DNA from: Sphaerodactylus townsendi
Lineage: Eukaryota
Assembly: GCF_021028975.2 (NCBI RefSeq)
Contig: NC_059428.1
Span: 123,008,001 to 123,072,000 of the forward strand
Reading direction: 5' to 3'
DNA: 64,000 bases
Part shown: piece by piece, positions 12,111 through 24,635 of the stretch
Layout of the letters: every line of letters starts with the position of its first letter
Position numbering within the stretch: position 1 is the first letter of the stretch
Notes under the pieces: model-generated
The model's database searches: none
What the model saw: the letters and a program-made list of their open reading frames with translations, nothing else
Told to the model about the DNA's origin: nothing
Position numbers and translations under genes: made by a program

Positions 12111-13261
12111 AAATATTCCCTGAAGTCAAGAATTGCATTTTGTGAAAGGCATCTTATCTCTTTTGATTGCCTCATGGGATTGAGGTGAGGAACTGTTTGC
12201 TCACCAGGTTTTTGTACATGTCCAGTTAGCAACATGTATCTCCTATTTGGTCTCTTGTACCAGATCAGCACATGGCCTGGTTCCCCTTCCTATTGTCATG
12301 TGTAGAAATCTCTGAAAAGGAGGATGTATTCTGGAGGGTTAACCAAGACGAGGTTCTTTGGAATCTTAAGATTGACGAGTTTGTTCTGGCATAAACATTT
12401 GTGATCTGGAGATACATGAAAACATTAGGTATTCACATACACTGCCAACACAGGGGTGTTTCACTGTTTATTATATTTATTTAATAAAATATATATCACC
12501 ATCATTTGTTTAGGAGGAGATTCTGTCTCTGTGCTATTTTGGCTACACTGTTCAGAATAATTTCCTGGGAACAAGTGCCATTGAATAACTTGAGACTTAC
12601 TTCTGAGTAGACCTGCTAAATATTGTTCCGTTAAGCCTTCTTGAAGAGGCTGAACTTTGAAGTCTTCCAAGAAGATAGCCTTTTTTGTAGCATATTTTCC
12701 TGATCTTTTGCTGCTGCTCAAGTATTTTAAGTATCTGGCCATTACTTCAGTGTTCACATACTCTTCTTTGAGTTCAAACTGAGTAAAAGAAACGTTTTGA
12801 CAATCATTTGTAGGTGGTAGCTTTCAAGAAGTTCTGTCTGTTGGGGGAAAGAGCTATTCTTCATGTTGCTGCAGAGAAGCTTCAGAGTTCTGGTGGAAAC
12901 CAGGTGTTCAGCATGGTAGACCTTCAGTGTATGTCTACCGCATTGTTATCACTCCTCCATCAGTTTCAAGCAAGCGCGTTTTCAACTTACTGGTGGAATA
13001 ACGGTTGTTATTGTCTTCTTAATGTTGGTGATAAAAAACCCCCAAGCAGCTGTTTCTTGGGCTTAGTCCATAAATACAGTGAGAAGATGAGGCTTTAGGT
13101 CTTGATCATGAGAAGGAACATCCAGGGCTTTTTCTACCATGTTTCAATATATCCTTAATAAGGTTATTTTTAGCAAACCACTTTTAATTATATTCTCATT
13201 AGTAGTATGTGGTATCTATGGTTATTCTTGTGTGCAGATTTTCCAGTTGCATGGAAAGCTT

Positions 13262-13965
13262 GCCCTGATCTGGATAGCCCAGGCTGATCTTGTCAGATCT
13301 CAGAAGATGAAGAGGGTCAGTCCTGGTTAGTACTTGGGTGGGAGATCACCGAGGAAAGTAGAGTAGCTACACAGAGTCAGCCAATGACGGGCAAATCACC
13401 TCTGAACATTTCTTGTCCTGAAAGCTCTATGTGATCCACAGATCCTACGTACTGCCCACAGGGACAGGAGAGGTCAAATGACCTCGGGCGAACCGGCGGA
13501 GGGGGGATCGCCCCCCGCTCCACTCCTGCTCTGACTCGGGGATCATTTGACCCCTCCTGTCCCCGGGGGGTGGTACGTGATGCCCAACCAAGCCGTCTCC
13601 TTCCCTTCCAAGGGCAGGGCTCGGAGGCAGGGGTGGAGGCAGCTCAGATGGCACCGCGGCGGCAGGCTGCCTCCTGGGTCACCTGCTGTGGTGGCCCCCC
13701 GCCTCCCTGCAGGCTGGCTTCTGCCTTCCCCAGGGCCTGGGGAGGGCAGGAAGCCCCCTGCAGGGAGGTGGGGGAGGCGGCTCAAACAGCTGCCATGGCA
13801 ATGCCACTGTGGTGTCTGTCCGAGCTGCCCCAAGCCCCACCCATGAGTGCAAGAGGGGCATGGGGTGGGGTGGGGGCGCCTGGAGCAGGTGTTGTTCCCA
13901 GGTGCCATTTCCCCCCAATATGCCTCTGATGTGATCCCCAAAGGTCAGCTGTGACTCAACATCAA
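13262..13965 (+). mobile_element. 5S rRNA-derived SINE (5S-Sauria type) interrupted by a hAT-type insert
   Basis: 5S-like gatcttgtcagatctcagaag...ctggttagtacttgggtgggagatcacc, followed by the Sauria-like tail ggcaaatcacctctgaac. Confidence 0.75.
13437..13928. mobile_element. GC-rich hAT-type non-autonomous insert
   Basis: Exact 8-bp TSD atgtgatc (13429-13436, 13929-13936); right end atatgcctctg; left terminus degenerate. Confidence 0.7.
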
Positions 13966-16001
13966 AACAACAACAGAGAAGTGTGCAAAAATCTCAATGC
14001 TGTAAAAATCACTATAAAGATTTTCTTCTGTTTTACATGTAGGTGAATGTCAAAAAAACAATGTCCATTGAAGTGACTGAGATTTTAAGTTTGAATGACA
14101 GATTGATGTGTAAGAGACGGGCTGGCTCATTATCCTATTCCATTTTGTGTGTGAGTGGGAGCTTCATAAAGCTTTGAATAGCAGCATGCACTTGTGGTCC
14201 GGTTTCCCCACCATGATTACTTTGGGATACTGAAGTGCTCAATATACTTACTGAAACGGAATAGGCAAAATATGATTGAATCAGATTGTTGCTGGCCTGT
14301 TAGTTCCACATAGACCTTGTCGTACCTGTTGTAGGAAAATAATCTTGTCGGTGGCAACTGTAGATTTCAGTGTCGTACGCTGAATTTCATCGACCATCCT
14401 TGTTCTCATTTGTTGTAAATAATATGCTTTATGTACTTGTCTCTCCTTGCATTCCCCTGGGAGATCACTTGATGCTCTGATGAATTTTCAGGATGTTGGA
14501 TTCTTCCCTCTCCAGTTTTCCTTTCAGTATTATTCAGAAGTATGTGACTAGACAGGGATCTTGTTAAAATTGTTGAAACATCGGAGAAAACCAAAACGGC
14601 CTCCCATCATCCAATCTGCACTAGCGATTGTGCTGAGAAGCACAACTCTTGCCATGAAAGTCAATAAAAAGCTAATTGAATTTTTCCCCCTGATGATTAT
14701 CTCAGCCTTTTTATACACCTTCCTGTAGTATGTAGATTTTCCTGACTTGCCTTTCTTTCAAACCATGGGATTTCTATTTTGCATTTCCAAAATGTGATTG
14801 TTTTCTTAACTTGTGGAGGTTGGATAAGTCTGTTTTTAACATAACAAAAAACCTCTTCAAATGAGATCTTGAAACATGGTGTGCGTTTTTGACCATGTTT
14901 ATTTTGTTCTGGATATTCCATTTTTTTATACAGGAGTAGGAAAACCACTTAGAGAGGCAAATCCAAGCCCCACCCCCCTTCCCATTTTACACATCGCAAG
15001 ACTAGAAAAAAAATGTGTGGGTTATTTATATTTATGACTTTAAAACAGAACCACCACCTGTTCTGTAGAATGGAGAACAGTTAAATCTGCTCATTATACA
15101 AGGAAGGATTTAAGAGTTTTTAGGTGTCTGGCAACAAAGGAACAGCAAGGTTCCTTGTAAATGAGAAGAATTCCCATTGATAATTAGTGATGTGAGTTTT
15201 CTAAGAAAATATTCTGAATCAGATTTAAACAAATAATTTAGCAAAAGAAGCAGAATACACCATTTTGAACCCTGGGCAAGCACTAGAGCTTGTCTGGGCT
15301 TCAGATTCTAAATTTAGTCCATCTAATGGCGCCATCCAAGGGGGGGGGGAGAGTGAATCTGTTGGTGGAGAGGAGGTGCAGGCCTACACTGCAGGTTTGT
15401 CCTCCCTGGGGCACTTGCCCCAACAGAGGGGTGGATTTGTCATAGGCCAAAATGGCTGGACGCAGTATCATGCACCACACCAGTGCTCGTTCACCCCCGC
15501 TGCCAACACAGTGTTGTGGGGATGTGGCCAGAGGCGAAGCTGATATTAATCAGCTTCCACCCCTGCTTCACCATCAGAAATGCTGGTGCTTGGCTCCTGG
15601 ACCTTTTTGATGGTGTAAGTCCATGGGAACCCTGTGGAGGGCTTTCTGGCATCAGGGGTGGGGGATTGTTTGCCTTTTTAGCTCCCTACACCACCAGAAA
15701 GCCCTCCTGGTAACTGCGGGGTGGCATGGCTGCGGTGCCATGTCCAGCCATCCAGCCATTTGGATGGACTGCCCCATAACTTATTTGTATCTCAACAGCC
15801 TTGACCATTGCAAATCAACTATATAATTATATGTCTGGGGCAGAAAAGTGTCCATGAAAATATAGCATCGAAAACCTTTCCCCCTGAGGAAAATTCACCC
15901 CACATCCCTGGGAGGATCTTTACCATTTACCATTATGTTTAACAGATATCAGACATGATGTGCTACTCTATGTTTCTTCTCCCCTACTATAACCTCTAGA
16001 A

Positions 16002-16299
16002 CAGCCATTCTCAACCAGGGTTTCGTGGTACCCTGGGGTACCGTGAGCATGTCCCAGGGGTACCGCGGCAACACTTCCACCCCCTCTCATTTTTGTGGTA
16101 TCTCCCACCGGTGCCAACAAGGACCTGGAGCAGGCCCATGGGGCAGGGCCTGCTGCAAGGTCAGCAGCCACCCCCCCCCCCCGTGCTTCCCTTCACCCTG
16201 GGAGGGGAAGGTGGGGGTGTGGCAAGCAGGAGCAATGGGAGGGGAAGGTGGGGGGTGGCAGCAGGGGTACCGTGAGATATGAAGAGTTGGGAAACACTG
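16002..16299. mobile_element. hAT (Charlie-like) MITE
   Basis: Exact TSD ctctagaa (15994-16001, 16300-16307), matching the NTCTAGAN preference of Charlie elements; TIRs cagccattctcaac / gttgggaaacactg. Confidence 0.85.
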
Positions 16300-16591
16300 C
16301 TCTAGAAATATGACAGATGGAGCTGATGGAAGTGAAGTACTTGATTAGAAGCTTTGTAAATAGCTGGATTTTTAAAAAATTGTACATTTCTATCTTGGTC
16401 TTCCTCCAAGGGGCTCATTGAAGCATGTGTATGTTCTTTCTCACCCTCTCCATTGTATCCTAACAATAATGCTACAAAACAAGTAAGGCTGAATTGGTGT
16501 GGCTGATCGAAGTTCAGCTACTTGGAATGTTTCTTCAGGCCACCCCACTACCCTCCTCTCGAAATTGTTATTTACCGGAAGCACTTAGGCT

Positions 16592-17104
16592 CAGTGGTGG
16601 GATCCAAAAATTTTAGTAACAGGTTCCCTCACCAGCCCCCCACCCCTCAGCAGAGGCATACCTAGGCAAACCTGAGCCCTGGGCAAAACCTGAGTTGGAT
16701 GCCCCCCCCCATGGGCAGCCACCCCACCACAACCCCCCAAAATTTTTTTGCACCAGGTCATTTCTAAATCATCATCACATTATAAAATGCCCCAGCTCAC
16801 AAATCTGAACACAGCAATGGTGAAACACACAGGTTCGTTGATAGAGACTGGTGAGATAAAAGGTACGAAAGGCTGAGAATCAATGAATTGCAGGACCTGA
16901 AAGGGATTAACCCAGTTCAGGGAGTTACATTATCAGTCGCAATTGCTATATAGAACCTTCACGTTCAAAGGCAGTATGCCTCCCAGGGAGGCGAGGGCGT
17001 GGAGATGGAAAAGCGGACCCAATTAGTAACCCCCTCTCGGCACACACAAATAATTAGTAACCCACTCTCGGGAACTGGTGAGAACCTGCTGGATCCCACC
17101 TCTG
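16592..17104. mobile_element. hAT MITE
   Basis: TIRs cagtggtgggatcc / ggatcccacctctg; exact TSD cttaggct (16584-16591, 17105-17112). Confidence 0.85.
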
Positions 17105-17108
17105 CTTA

Positions 17109-17259
17109 GGCTTCTTCCGCACATGCAGAATAATGCACTTTCAATCCACTTTCAATGCACTTGGCAGATGGATTTTACAGTGCCGAATTGCAAAATCCAC
17201 TTTCAAACAATTGTGAAAGTGGATTGAAAGTGCATTCTTCTGCATGTGCGGAAGGGGCC
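17109..17259. mobile_element. Palindromic PIF/Harbinger-type MITE
   Basis: Long TIRs ccgcacatgcagaataatgcactttcaatccacttt; 3-bp TSD TTA. Confidence 0.75.
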
Positions 17260-18122
17260 TTAGAACTGCATTCAGAGCAGCTCCCAAAATTAAACTACTG
17301 TTCTGCTGAAAGCAGAACAAGATGTGTGAAATTATCTTGAAATGATTCAGAGTCCTGAAGGTGGATGGGGATTTATGGTGAACGTTGGTAGGCCTCGTCT
17401 ACAAAGTTATTTTGAAGAACAGTCTCATCCTATCTAGATATTATCACCTTGAGGTTTCATTTAATTTTGTACATACATTAGGCAGAAAAAAACAAGTGAG
17501 AGACTCTCAAAAATGGGGGGGGTCTCATATTCCTCTGTCCTAGTGCCTCTTTTCCTTCTCTGAAAGGCCCATAGCTTTTCCCATTTCCCTGCTTCTTTCT
17601 TTCTCTTCCCTCAGCCAACCTACCTGTTTCCTCCCCCTGTCCTCACCTTCCCCTGCTTCCCCCCCTTCTACTGGTAAAAACTGTGGCTCAGTTGTGCAGT
17701 GCCAGATGCTAACCTGGACCAAGTTGATTGGCGGGAAACCTACAAGGACTTCCACAGAGATGCTGCCCACTGAATCAGCAGGATTCACTGCTGTGGTGTT
17801 GCCTCCTTCTTGGCTTCCTCTGAAGACAAGAAGCCTTGCCAGGCACAGTTTTCTTGTCTTAAAGCAGAGATGCAGCAGAGTGATCTTCCCGTACAGAGAT
17901 ACAACAGGAAGCCTCTTCTAAAAATTGGTGCTTTTTTGTTATGTTTTTCCATTCAAGAGGCATGGTCTGACTCGTTCCAAGCACTGTTGCTGGGCTGCTC
18001 TGAAGGAGGCTTACTTAGACAGTTCAATCCTATGCAGAGTTATTCTAGTCCAACCCTGTAGATATCAGTTGGCTTACATTGTAGTAATTCTACATAGGAT
18101 CACACTGTTTGATACTCTGAAA

Positions 18123-18260
18123 CAGCGGTCTCCAACCTGTGGTCCTCTGAATGTTCATGGACAATGATTCCCATCAGCTCTGCCACTTGGCCATAGTGAC
18201 AGGGACTGATAGGAATCATAGTCCATGAACATCTGGAGGGCCACAGGTTGGAAACCCCTG
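18123..18260. mobile_element. Palindromic hAT-type MITE (family of 4064)
   Basis: cagcggtctccaacctgtgg...ccacaggttggaaacccctg. Confidence 0.7.
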
Positions 18261-18372
18261 CTGTAAGAGCAACATTCTCAGAGGAGGGGTCAGGGTGAGG
18301 GTGTTCTTCCAGTTTGATTTGAGAGAAACAATGTTGCGATTATCAGAACTTTGCAATTGTGATTCATGTTAC

Positions 18373-18682
18373 TGAGTTGTTTTTGTTTTCGGTTTTTAGC
18401 CTTTGGGGATGATTTTTGAGTTATTAGGACTCTGAAGCCGCTTGGATAATTTTGTTGCCTTTTAGCATTTTTTCTTACCGAGTTGTTTATATTGGGATGG
18501 TTGAACAATTTGAATATTGTTTCATGTGTCCCAACCCCAGTGAGTTGTCTTTGTTTATCTTTTTGGGTTTTTAGCCTTTGGGGATGATTTTTAGTTATTA
18601 GGACTCTGAAGCTGCATGGGTAATTTCATTGCCTTTTAAAATAGTTTCTTACAGAGTTGATTATATTGGGATGGCTGAACAA
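18373..18682. repeat. Diverged direct tandem duplication, unit about 170 bp
   Basis: tgagttgt...tttttagcctttggggatg...ttattaggactctgaagc...tatattgggatgg..gaacaa occurs at 18373-18508 and 18541-18682. Confidence 0.85.
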
Positions 18683-19174
18683 CGTGACTGTACATACTAT
18701 CTAGGTACCTATCTAGATATCATTAGACAATAAACGGTAACTTGTTAGTCTTTCCTGTACCATACAATCAGATTTTTTGTTGGATTTACTGCAACGTACT
18801 AACTCTGCTGCTCTTCTGATTATTTTGTGCTGCTTGTGGTGAATATGCTGAATGTCTCCTTGTTTATCTGCTTCTTGCAATGTTAGTCCTTGATTTGCAA
18901 GGATATCTAAGGTTTACTGAACACCACCATGATATACAGTGAGCAATCTGTTGGGTGTCTGTATTTTTTATACATTGGATTTAACCCACACGAACTACCA
19001 ATATTTCAAATCCAAATCCAAAATCTTTATTAGGCATAAAAACCGGTGTGTGTCAAGAATTCCAGATAGAACTACAATATATCAAAAGAGTGGAAACCAA
19101 AGGGCCAGCAATGACTTTGAGCAGCTGGACTGTTTGAAAGCAGAAGACCATTAGGATAAGAGGGATAAATAAAT

Positions 19175-19365
19175 GAGTCCCATGGTGCAGAGTGGTAAGC
19201 TGCTATACTGTAGTCAAAATGCTGCTCCTGACCTGAGTTGAATCCCAATGGAAGATGGTTTCAGATGGCCAACTCAAGGTTGACCTTGCTGGGGGTTAAG
19301 TTTAGACGACTGGGGAAGGCAATGGCAAACCACCTTGTAAATATAGCCTAGCAAACATGATATGA
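19175..19365 (+). mobile_element. Sauria SINE (degenerate)
   Basis: tggtgcagagtggtaagctgc head; actggggaaggcaatggcaaaccacc tail. Confidence 0.7.
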
Positions 19366-19366
19366 T

Positions 19367-19500
19367 GTATTGTCAAAGGCTTTCACGGCCGGATTCAACT
19401 GGTTCTGGTGAGTTTTCCGGGCTGTGTGCCCATGGTCTGGGAGATCTTGTTCCTAGCATTTGGCCTGCATCTGTGGCTGGCATCTTCAGAGGTGTATCAT
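19367..19500 (-). mobile_element. Penelope-like element terminus with degenerate hammerhead motif
   Basis: The minus strand reads cctctgaagatgccagccacagatgcaggccaaatgctagg...gccgtgaaagcctttgacaata; GAAA has mutated to CAAA. Confidence 0.75.
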
Positions 19501-19886
19501 AGAGAGAAGTGACTGATTCCCTTGACCTGCACCCTTCTCAAGTTCCTGCCTTCCAGTTGCCCAGGTCCCTCCTTCATCCTCACTCACTTCCATGTTTATT
19601 CTACTCTTCTTCCAAAGAGCTAAGGATGACCAGGTGGATACTGTTGGCAGATGATTATGGACTTGCTTGGGTCATGAGCACACCGTAGTATTCATCCAAG
19701 TTGCTAACTGGATGGCCTTCCTGAACAGTTTCAGGAACAGTGCGAGAACAGACAATGCATTTATGTCTCTGTGTAGACCATTTAGTTCCCAGAATCAAGT
19801 ATATTAGGCCAGGGAGACAGAAATAGGCAAGGCAGGGAATGTGATATAAGCCATACATCTTTTTCCCTTCTCTAAACCAGTTCTAA

Positions 19887-20037
19887 GGCCCCTTCCACAC
19901 ATGCAAAATAATACACTTTCAATCCACTTTCAGTGCATTTTGAAGCTGGATTTTACGGTGCAGAATCACAAAATTGACTTGCAGATAATTGTGAAAGTGG
20001 ATTGAAAGTGCATTATTCTGCATGTGCGTAAGGGGCC
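19887..20037. mobile_element. Palindromic PIF/Harbinger-type MITE
   Basis: Same family as 17109; TSD TAA. Confidence 0.75.
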
Positions 20038-21675
20038 TAAGACCACCTAGCATAGCAGCTCTTTTGTAGGTTGATAGTCCCCCTCCCCTGGGATAGGTTC
20101 AATGGGCAGGAAAAGAGCAGATGCTAGGTAAAAACTTCTACCACACGGAATGCCACCCACTACGTAGTCACAATACCACCTGAAATACTACTTGTTGAAA
20201 GATTTTGATCAAATCATTGACTTGGCTGAATGGGGTGCCCGACTTGTGACTGCAAACAAGGTGAATTTGATTTCCAGTCACCTCATTTGTGGAAAGCAAA
20301 TCAGTCATTTGATGGCAATAAAGAATTTTTGGCAGCAATGGAATCCCTGGTAGTGATTGGCAGAGCTGCTCTGATGTCACAGAGGGAGAACAGGCTGAGC
20401 TGCCCAGATCCTAGAAAGGGACAAGGCAGGCAGAGGTCCTAATAGAAGGGAGCCATTGTGGTCTAGCTGTTAGAGCATTACACTCGGACCAGAGAGACAC
20501 AGGTTCAAATCCCCACTCAGGAACAAATTAGATTGAGGGAGAATAAGGGGAATGAATCCAAAGGGGTGGATTTGCCTGTGGGAGCGGCGTGTTGCCTTGG
20601 CAGAGGAGTGAATCCACTTCCACGCCACTGCCTAGGGATGCAATGCTACGCTGGATGCATAACAGTGTCCCAGCACTCCTTTTGTCACTGGCATGGCAGG
20701 GGTGAGCTGGGCGCATGGTCAGGGGAATGGGCTCCCTACTGCCTATTGCTTGCATTATGCCAGTGGCTGGTGCCTCAGATATAACCCACCAAAAAGTCCT
20801 TGCACCCCTGTGGGGGCTACTTAGCGGCAGGGAGACTTTTTCACTTTTCAAGTCCAGACGCAGCGGCCTGGTGTGGATGCAGCGCTGCAGCCGGGTGCCC
20901 ATCCTCTTGCATGTGGCTGCCCATTGGCTGTTCTGAGCACATTTTACTCCCAACCATTTTCCTGATTAGATTGTCAATTCTGTTTTGTCTCACTTTGTTT
21001 ATTATGTGTTACTTAGCTGGTGCTATTTATACTGCAAAAATGTTTTTTTTTTCAATAATTGATTACTGTTTATTAAATGGTTCATTCTTTAATTGTTGGA
21101 AGGCTGCCTCGAGGACTTTTAGACATCGTTTGCGGGTAGAAAATAAGTATGTTGTTGTTTTCATCCTTCCTCTCCTTGTCTGTTTGCTCTGGTTTTGCAG
21201 CCAATTCTGCATTCCACCTGTTATGTTCCTACTTGCCAGAATGTTAATCTTTTGTGCCGAACAAACTGCTTGCGCTCTAATCTTCCCGGACCTTCTCCCT
21301 CAGCCTTTGATTAACCTCATAGGATCTATGTAAATAAATTGGAGATTGAAATGAATTGTAGAATTACTATTCCCAGCTAACAGATTCTCTGAAGATGTTT
21401 GTCATCATGTTTTGCGTTTCCTCAGTTGTTCCTTTCTCGCGAGACTTTTTCGTGAGGTGTTTCGTTTAAAATTCTCGTTCGGTTGTCGGACTGGTGCATG
21501 GCATCGCTATTCCTTCCTTCGCTTGATGAGGATCTCTTATTTCCAGTGCTTGGCGGCCTCTCCTTTTCACCTTTGAGTTCCTTGGTTGGCGGCTCATCCA
21601 AGGATGTTTGGAGTCTCTTGGCTGAATCTTTGTAGGATGTTGGATGTCTTTGCTAGTAGCAGAAAATGCTATCAC

Positions 21676-21860
21676 CCTGCAGACAACTTATAGTGACCCT
21701 GTGGGGTTTTCAAAGCAAGAGATGTTCTGAGGTGGTTTGCCCTTGCCTGCCTCTACGTGGCAACCCTGGACTTCTTTGGTGGTCTCCCATCCAAATACTA
21801 ACTAAGATCAACCCTGCTTAGCTTCTGACATCTGATAAGATTATGCTAGCAAGGGCTACT
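21676..21860 (-). mobile_element. 5S-Sauria-type SINE
   Basis: ggtctcccatccaaatactaac...ccctgcttagcttc is the reverse complement of the 5S internal-promoter region; a Sauria tail is attached. Confidence 0.75.
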
Positions 21861-22811
21861 GTTCTGTATTTCAAGTGGCAGATGTCTGAATGAAACCGGA
21901 GAGTTTGTTTGGGGCAAGCAGGGTTGCAGAGTGTTTGATGCTGCCCCCGATTTATAATACACATTACTCATCTCTGAAGGAAGCATCAGTCATCCCAACG
22001 ATGTATGTCTTTTCATCATCAAGTTAGGAACATTGATCTTTTTCTTTGGCCTGTCTCGAGTGTCACTGGCATGAAATATTTCTAGAATCCTTGTGCATAA
22101 ATCTGGAAACTCATTGCCCTCAGATGTTTTTCACTCTCCCGGTTTTACCTTTCATGAGGTTTGAAGACCATCTTTCACCAATAGTCTTCTTCTAGCCTAT
22201 TGATGACCTTGTGTGCATTTTTTTCCTGAAAGATATGTCTCCTTTCTTTCAATATTAATAGTGCCTCCAGGAAGTAGCTGAAGGGAATTGTGCTTTGCAG
22301 TGGCTACTTAGCTGTAATAACAACCGCCACCTCAGAAAGGAAACTCTGAACATGTGCCTCTTCTGTAGAAGGCCTCTGAGCAAAGCACATATTAGCTATG
22401 GAGATGGCTTTTTAGTCCAAAGCCAAAAGTGATGGAAGCGAATTCCATGCACCAAAGAACATGAATCTTTTAATGCAAACAGCTTAACCTGTACAATTCC
22501 TGCAACTGCATGCTGCCTGCAGGGTGCTTCAGTAGGAAAAAGACAAGGATACCCTTCCAAAGATGCAAATGGAAGTGTCCTGTGCGGTTCCCTTCCACAG
22601 AATTCATAGTATCTGTTAGCATTTATTTCCTTGATGAATGTTGACCAAAGGTATGAGCTTTGTTCTCCATAAGAGTTCAGCCTGGCATTGATTGACCTGC
22701 AAGTTTTGTCGGCACCAGTTCTTTTCTGATGGCTCAAAAACATGGGCCATCACTTGATGATGCAACAATCGGCAATGAACATGTATGTGCCGTCACTTGC
22801 TGCAAGACACT

Positions 22812-23335
22812 GGCCCTTTCCACACAAACCTTTAAAAACATTTTCAGGCAGGAAATAAAAAGTTTCCACTGTGGAGTTCTGCATTGTCTTTTCCCCCTTG
22901 TGTTCTGAAAATGTTCATTTCAGCCTGGAAACATTTTATATGAAAACCCTTTTACAATCCTTCTCAGAAACCTTTTCACAACGTCTTCCCTTGCTGTGGA
23001 GTCAAATATGCGACACTTTATTTCTCCCGTTGCATTTTGCATGCTTCTGTGCAGTCCCCAAACTTCTCTCTCGGCACCATTTTATCACATCCCTGAGCTC
23101 ATGGTTCCCCCTTGCCTCTTTATTTTCATAATTTTCAGGGTTTTAGGTTTTGTTTTTTTTTTGCTTTTTGGGGTTAAATCTTCGAAACCTCAACCACACA
23201 CAGCAACAGAGAATCCATGCCTTGAGTCTTCGAAGCATTGATTCCACAAAAAGCAAAAAAGAGAGAGAAAACCCCTCACGGCAGCCATGAAATGTTTTGA
23301 GAGACTTGTTTTAGGCGACTTGTGCAGAAAGGGCC
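22812..23335. mobile_element. Larger PIF/Harbinger-like MITE
   Basis: TIRs ggccctttccacacaa / ttgtgcagaaagggcc; imperfect 3-bp flanks (act/att). Confidence 0.55.
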
Positions 23336-23364
23336 ATTGCTTCCAAGCAAATGTGTATGTAAAG

Positions 23365-23578
23365 TGCCATCAAGCCAGCTCTCTTTGGGAGACCTGGTAG
23401 GGTTTCCAAAGCAAGAGATGTTCAGAGGTGGTTTGCCTCCAAGTGGGCTGAAAGAGTTCTGAGAGAACTGTGACTAGTTCAAGATCACCTAGCAGGCTTC
23501 ATGTGGAGGAGTGCAGAATCAACCCTGGTTGTCCCGATTAGAGCACACTGCTCTAAACCACTGTACCATGCTGGCTTT
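23365..23578 (-). mobile_element. Chimeric SINE (Squam3-like head + Sauria-like tail), second copy
   Basis: Minus strand: tRNA head...ctttcagcccacttggaggcaaaccacctctgaacatctcttgc. Confidence 0.65.
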
Positions 23579-24052
23579 CTCCCAGTTAATATGACAGACT
23601 GTTTATTTTAAAAAAAACTTCTGACCTTCCTTTACTCTCAGAGCGTCTCAGGGTGGCCTGAAGAACTACATAACTAGAATTAGTTTAAAGCTGGCGCATG
23701 GAATATAAGAAATTTGTAGTCATTGACAGGCCTTTTATGTTCAAGCAGTCATCAATCCTTAGCAAACATGGGCTTCATCACTGAAGACTTGCTGAAAGGC
23801 CTCCCCTTTACAGATGTTTCTGGACAGCAGGCAATCTGGAGGGAAATGCACATTCTTCAGCAGGCAACTCCGTAGTACCAGAGCTACCACAAAAAATGCC
23901 AGAGCTACCACAAAAAAGAGACACCTTGCTGAGAAGAGCAGAGACAGTGGAGTGGGTCTGCTCTGGGTCTACTCCAGTTTACTGAGGATGACTTGTTTGA
24001 ATTTATGAAATTATTAGATGTAGATTTAAGTCAGATGGTAAATGCCAAAGAT

Positions 24053-24240
24053 GTCCTGACCTGGACAGCCTCAGCGAGCCAATCTCAGAAGCTGTGCAGG
24101 ATCAGTTCTGGTAAGTACTTGGATGAGAGAGCACCAAAGAAGTCCAGGGGCACCATTCAGAGGCACGCAATGGCAAACCACTTCTGAATGTCTCTTGCCC
24201 TAAAAACCCCTATGGTGTTACCATAAGTCAGCTGCATTTT
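24053..24240 (+). mobile_element. 5S-Sauria-type SINE
   Basis: atctcagaagct...ctggtaagtacttggatgagag...caatggcaaaccacttctgaatg. Confidence 0.7.
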
Positions 24241-24353
24241 CTACCCCCAAAGAGAAATGATGGAAGTGATCAGTTACCAGTGATCCAAGGGCAGATCTGT
24301 GCCAGTGCACTAAAGCAGCCACACACTGTGCCCCTGAGTTTATGCATTACTTA

Positions 24354-24635
24354 CTGTGTTGTGTAGTGGTTAAGAGCAGGTACAGTCTAATCCAGAGAAC
24401 CGGGTTTGATTCCCCGCTGTGCCATTTGAGCTGTAGAGGCTTATCTGATGAACCAGATTAGCTTGTGCACTCCAACACATGCCAGCAGGCTAGTCACAGT
24501 TCTTTGGAGCTGTCTTAGCCCCACCCACCTCATGGGGTGTTTGTTGTGGGTGGGGGAAGGGAAGGGAGATTGTAAGACCCTTTGAATCTCCTTACAGAAG
24601 ATTCTCTTTGAATCTCCTTACAGAAGATTTCTTTT
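24354..24635 (+). mobile_element. Squam3-like SINE with a small terminal duplication
   Basis: gtgtagtggttaagagc...gggtttgattcccc; ctttgaatctccttacagaagatt is duplicated at the 3' end. Confidence 0.75.

Noticed and set aside
20800-21333. 177-aa hydrophobic ORF as a membrane or viral envelope protein
   Set aside because: Non-ATG start inside a probable repeat; the hydrophobicity follows from the T-rich strand; no hepadnaviral or other motif in any plus frame.
23879-23917. Small tandem duplications (ccagagctaccacaaaaa x2; also 10622-10675 and 46024-46047)
   Set aside because: Ordinary slippage duplications with no sign of function.
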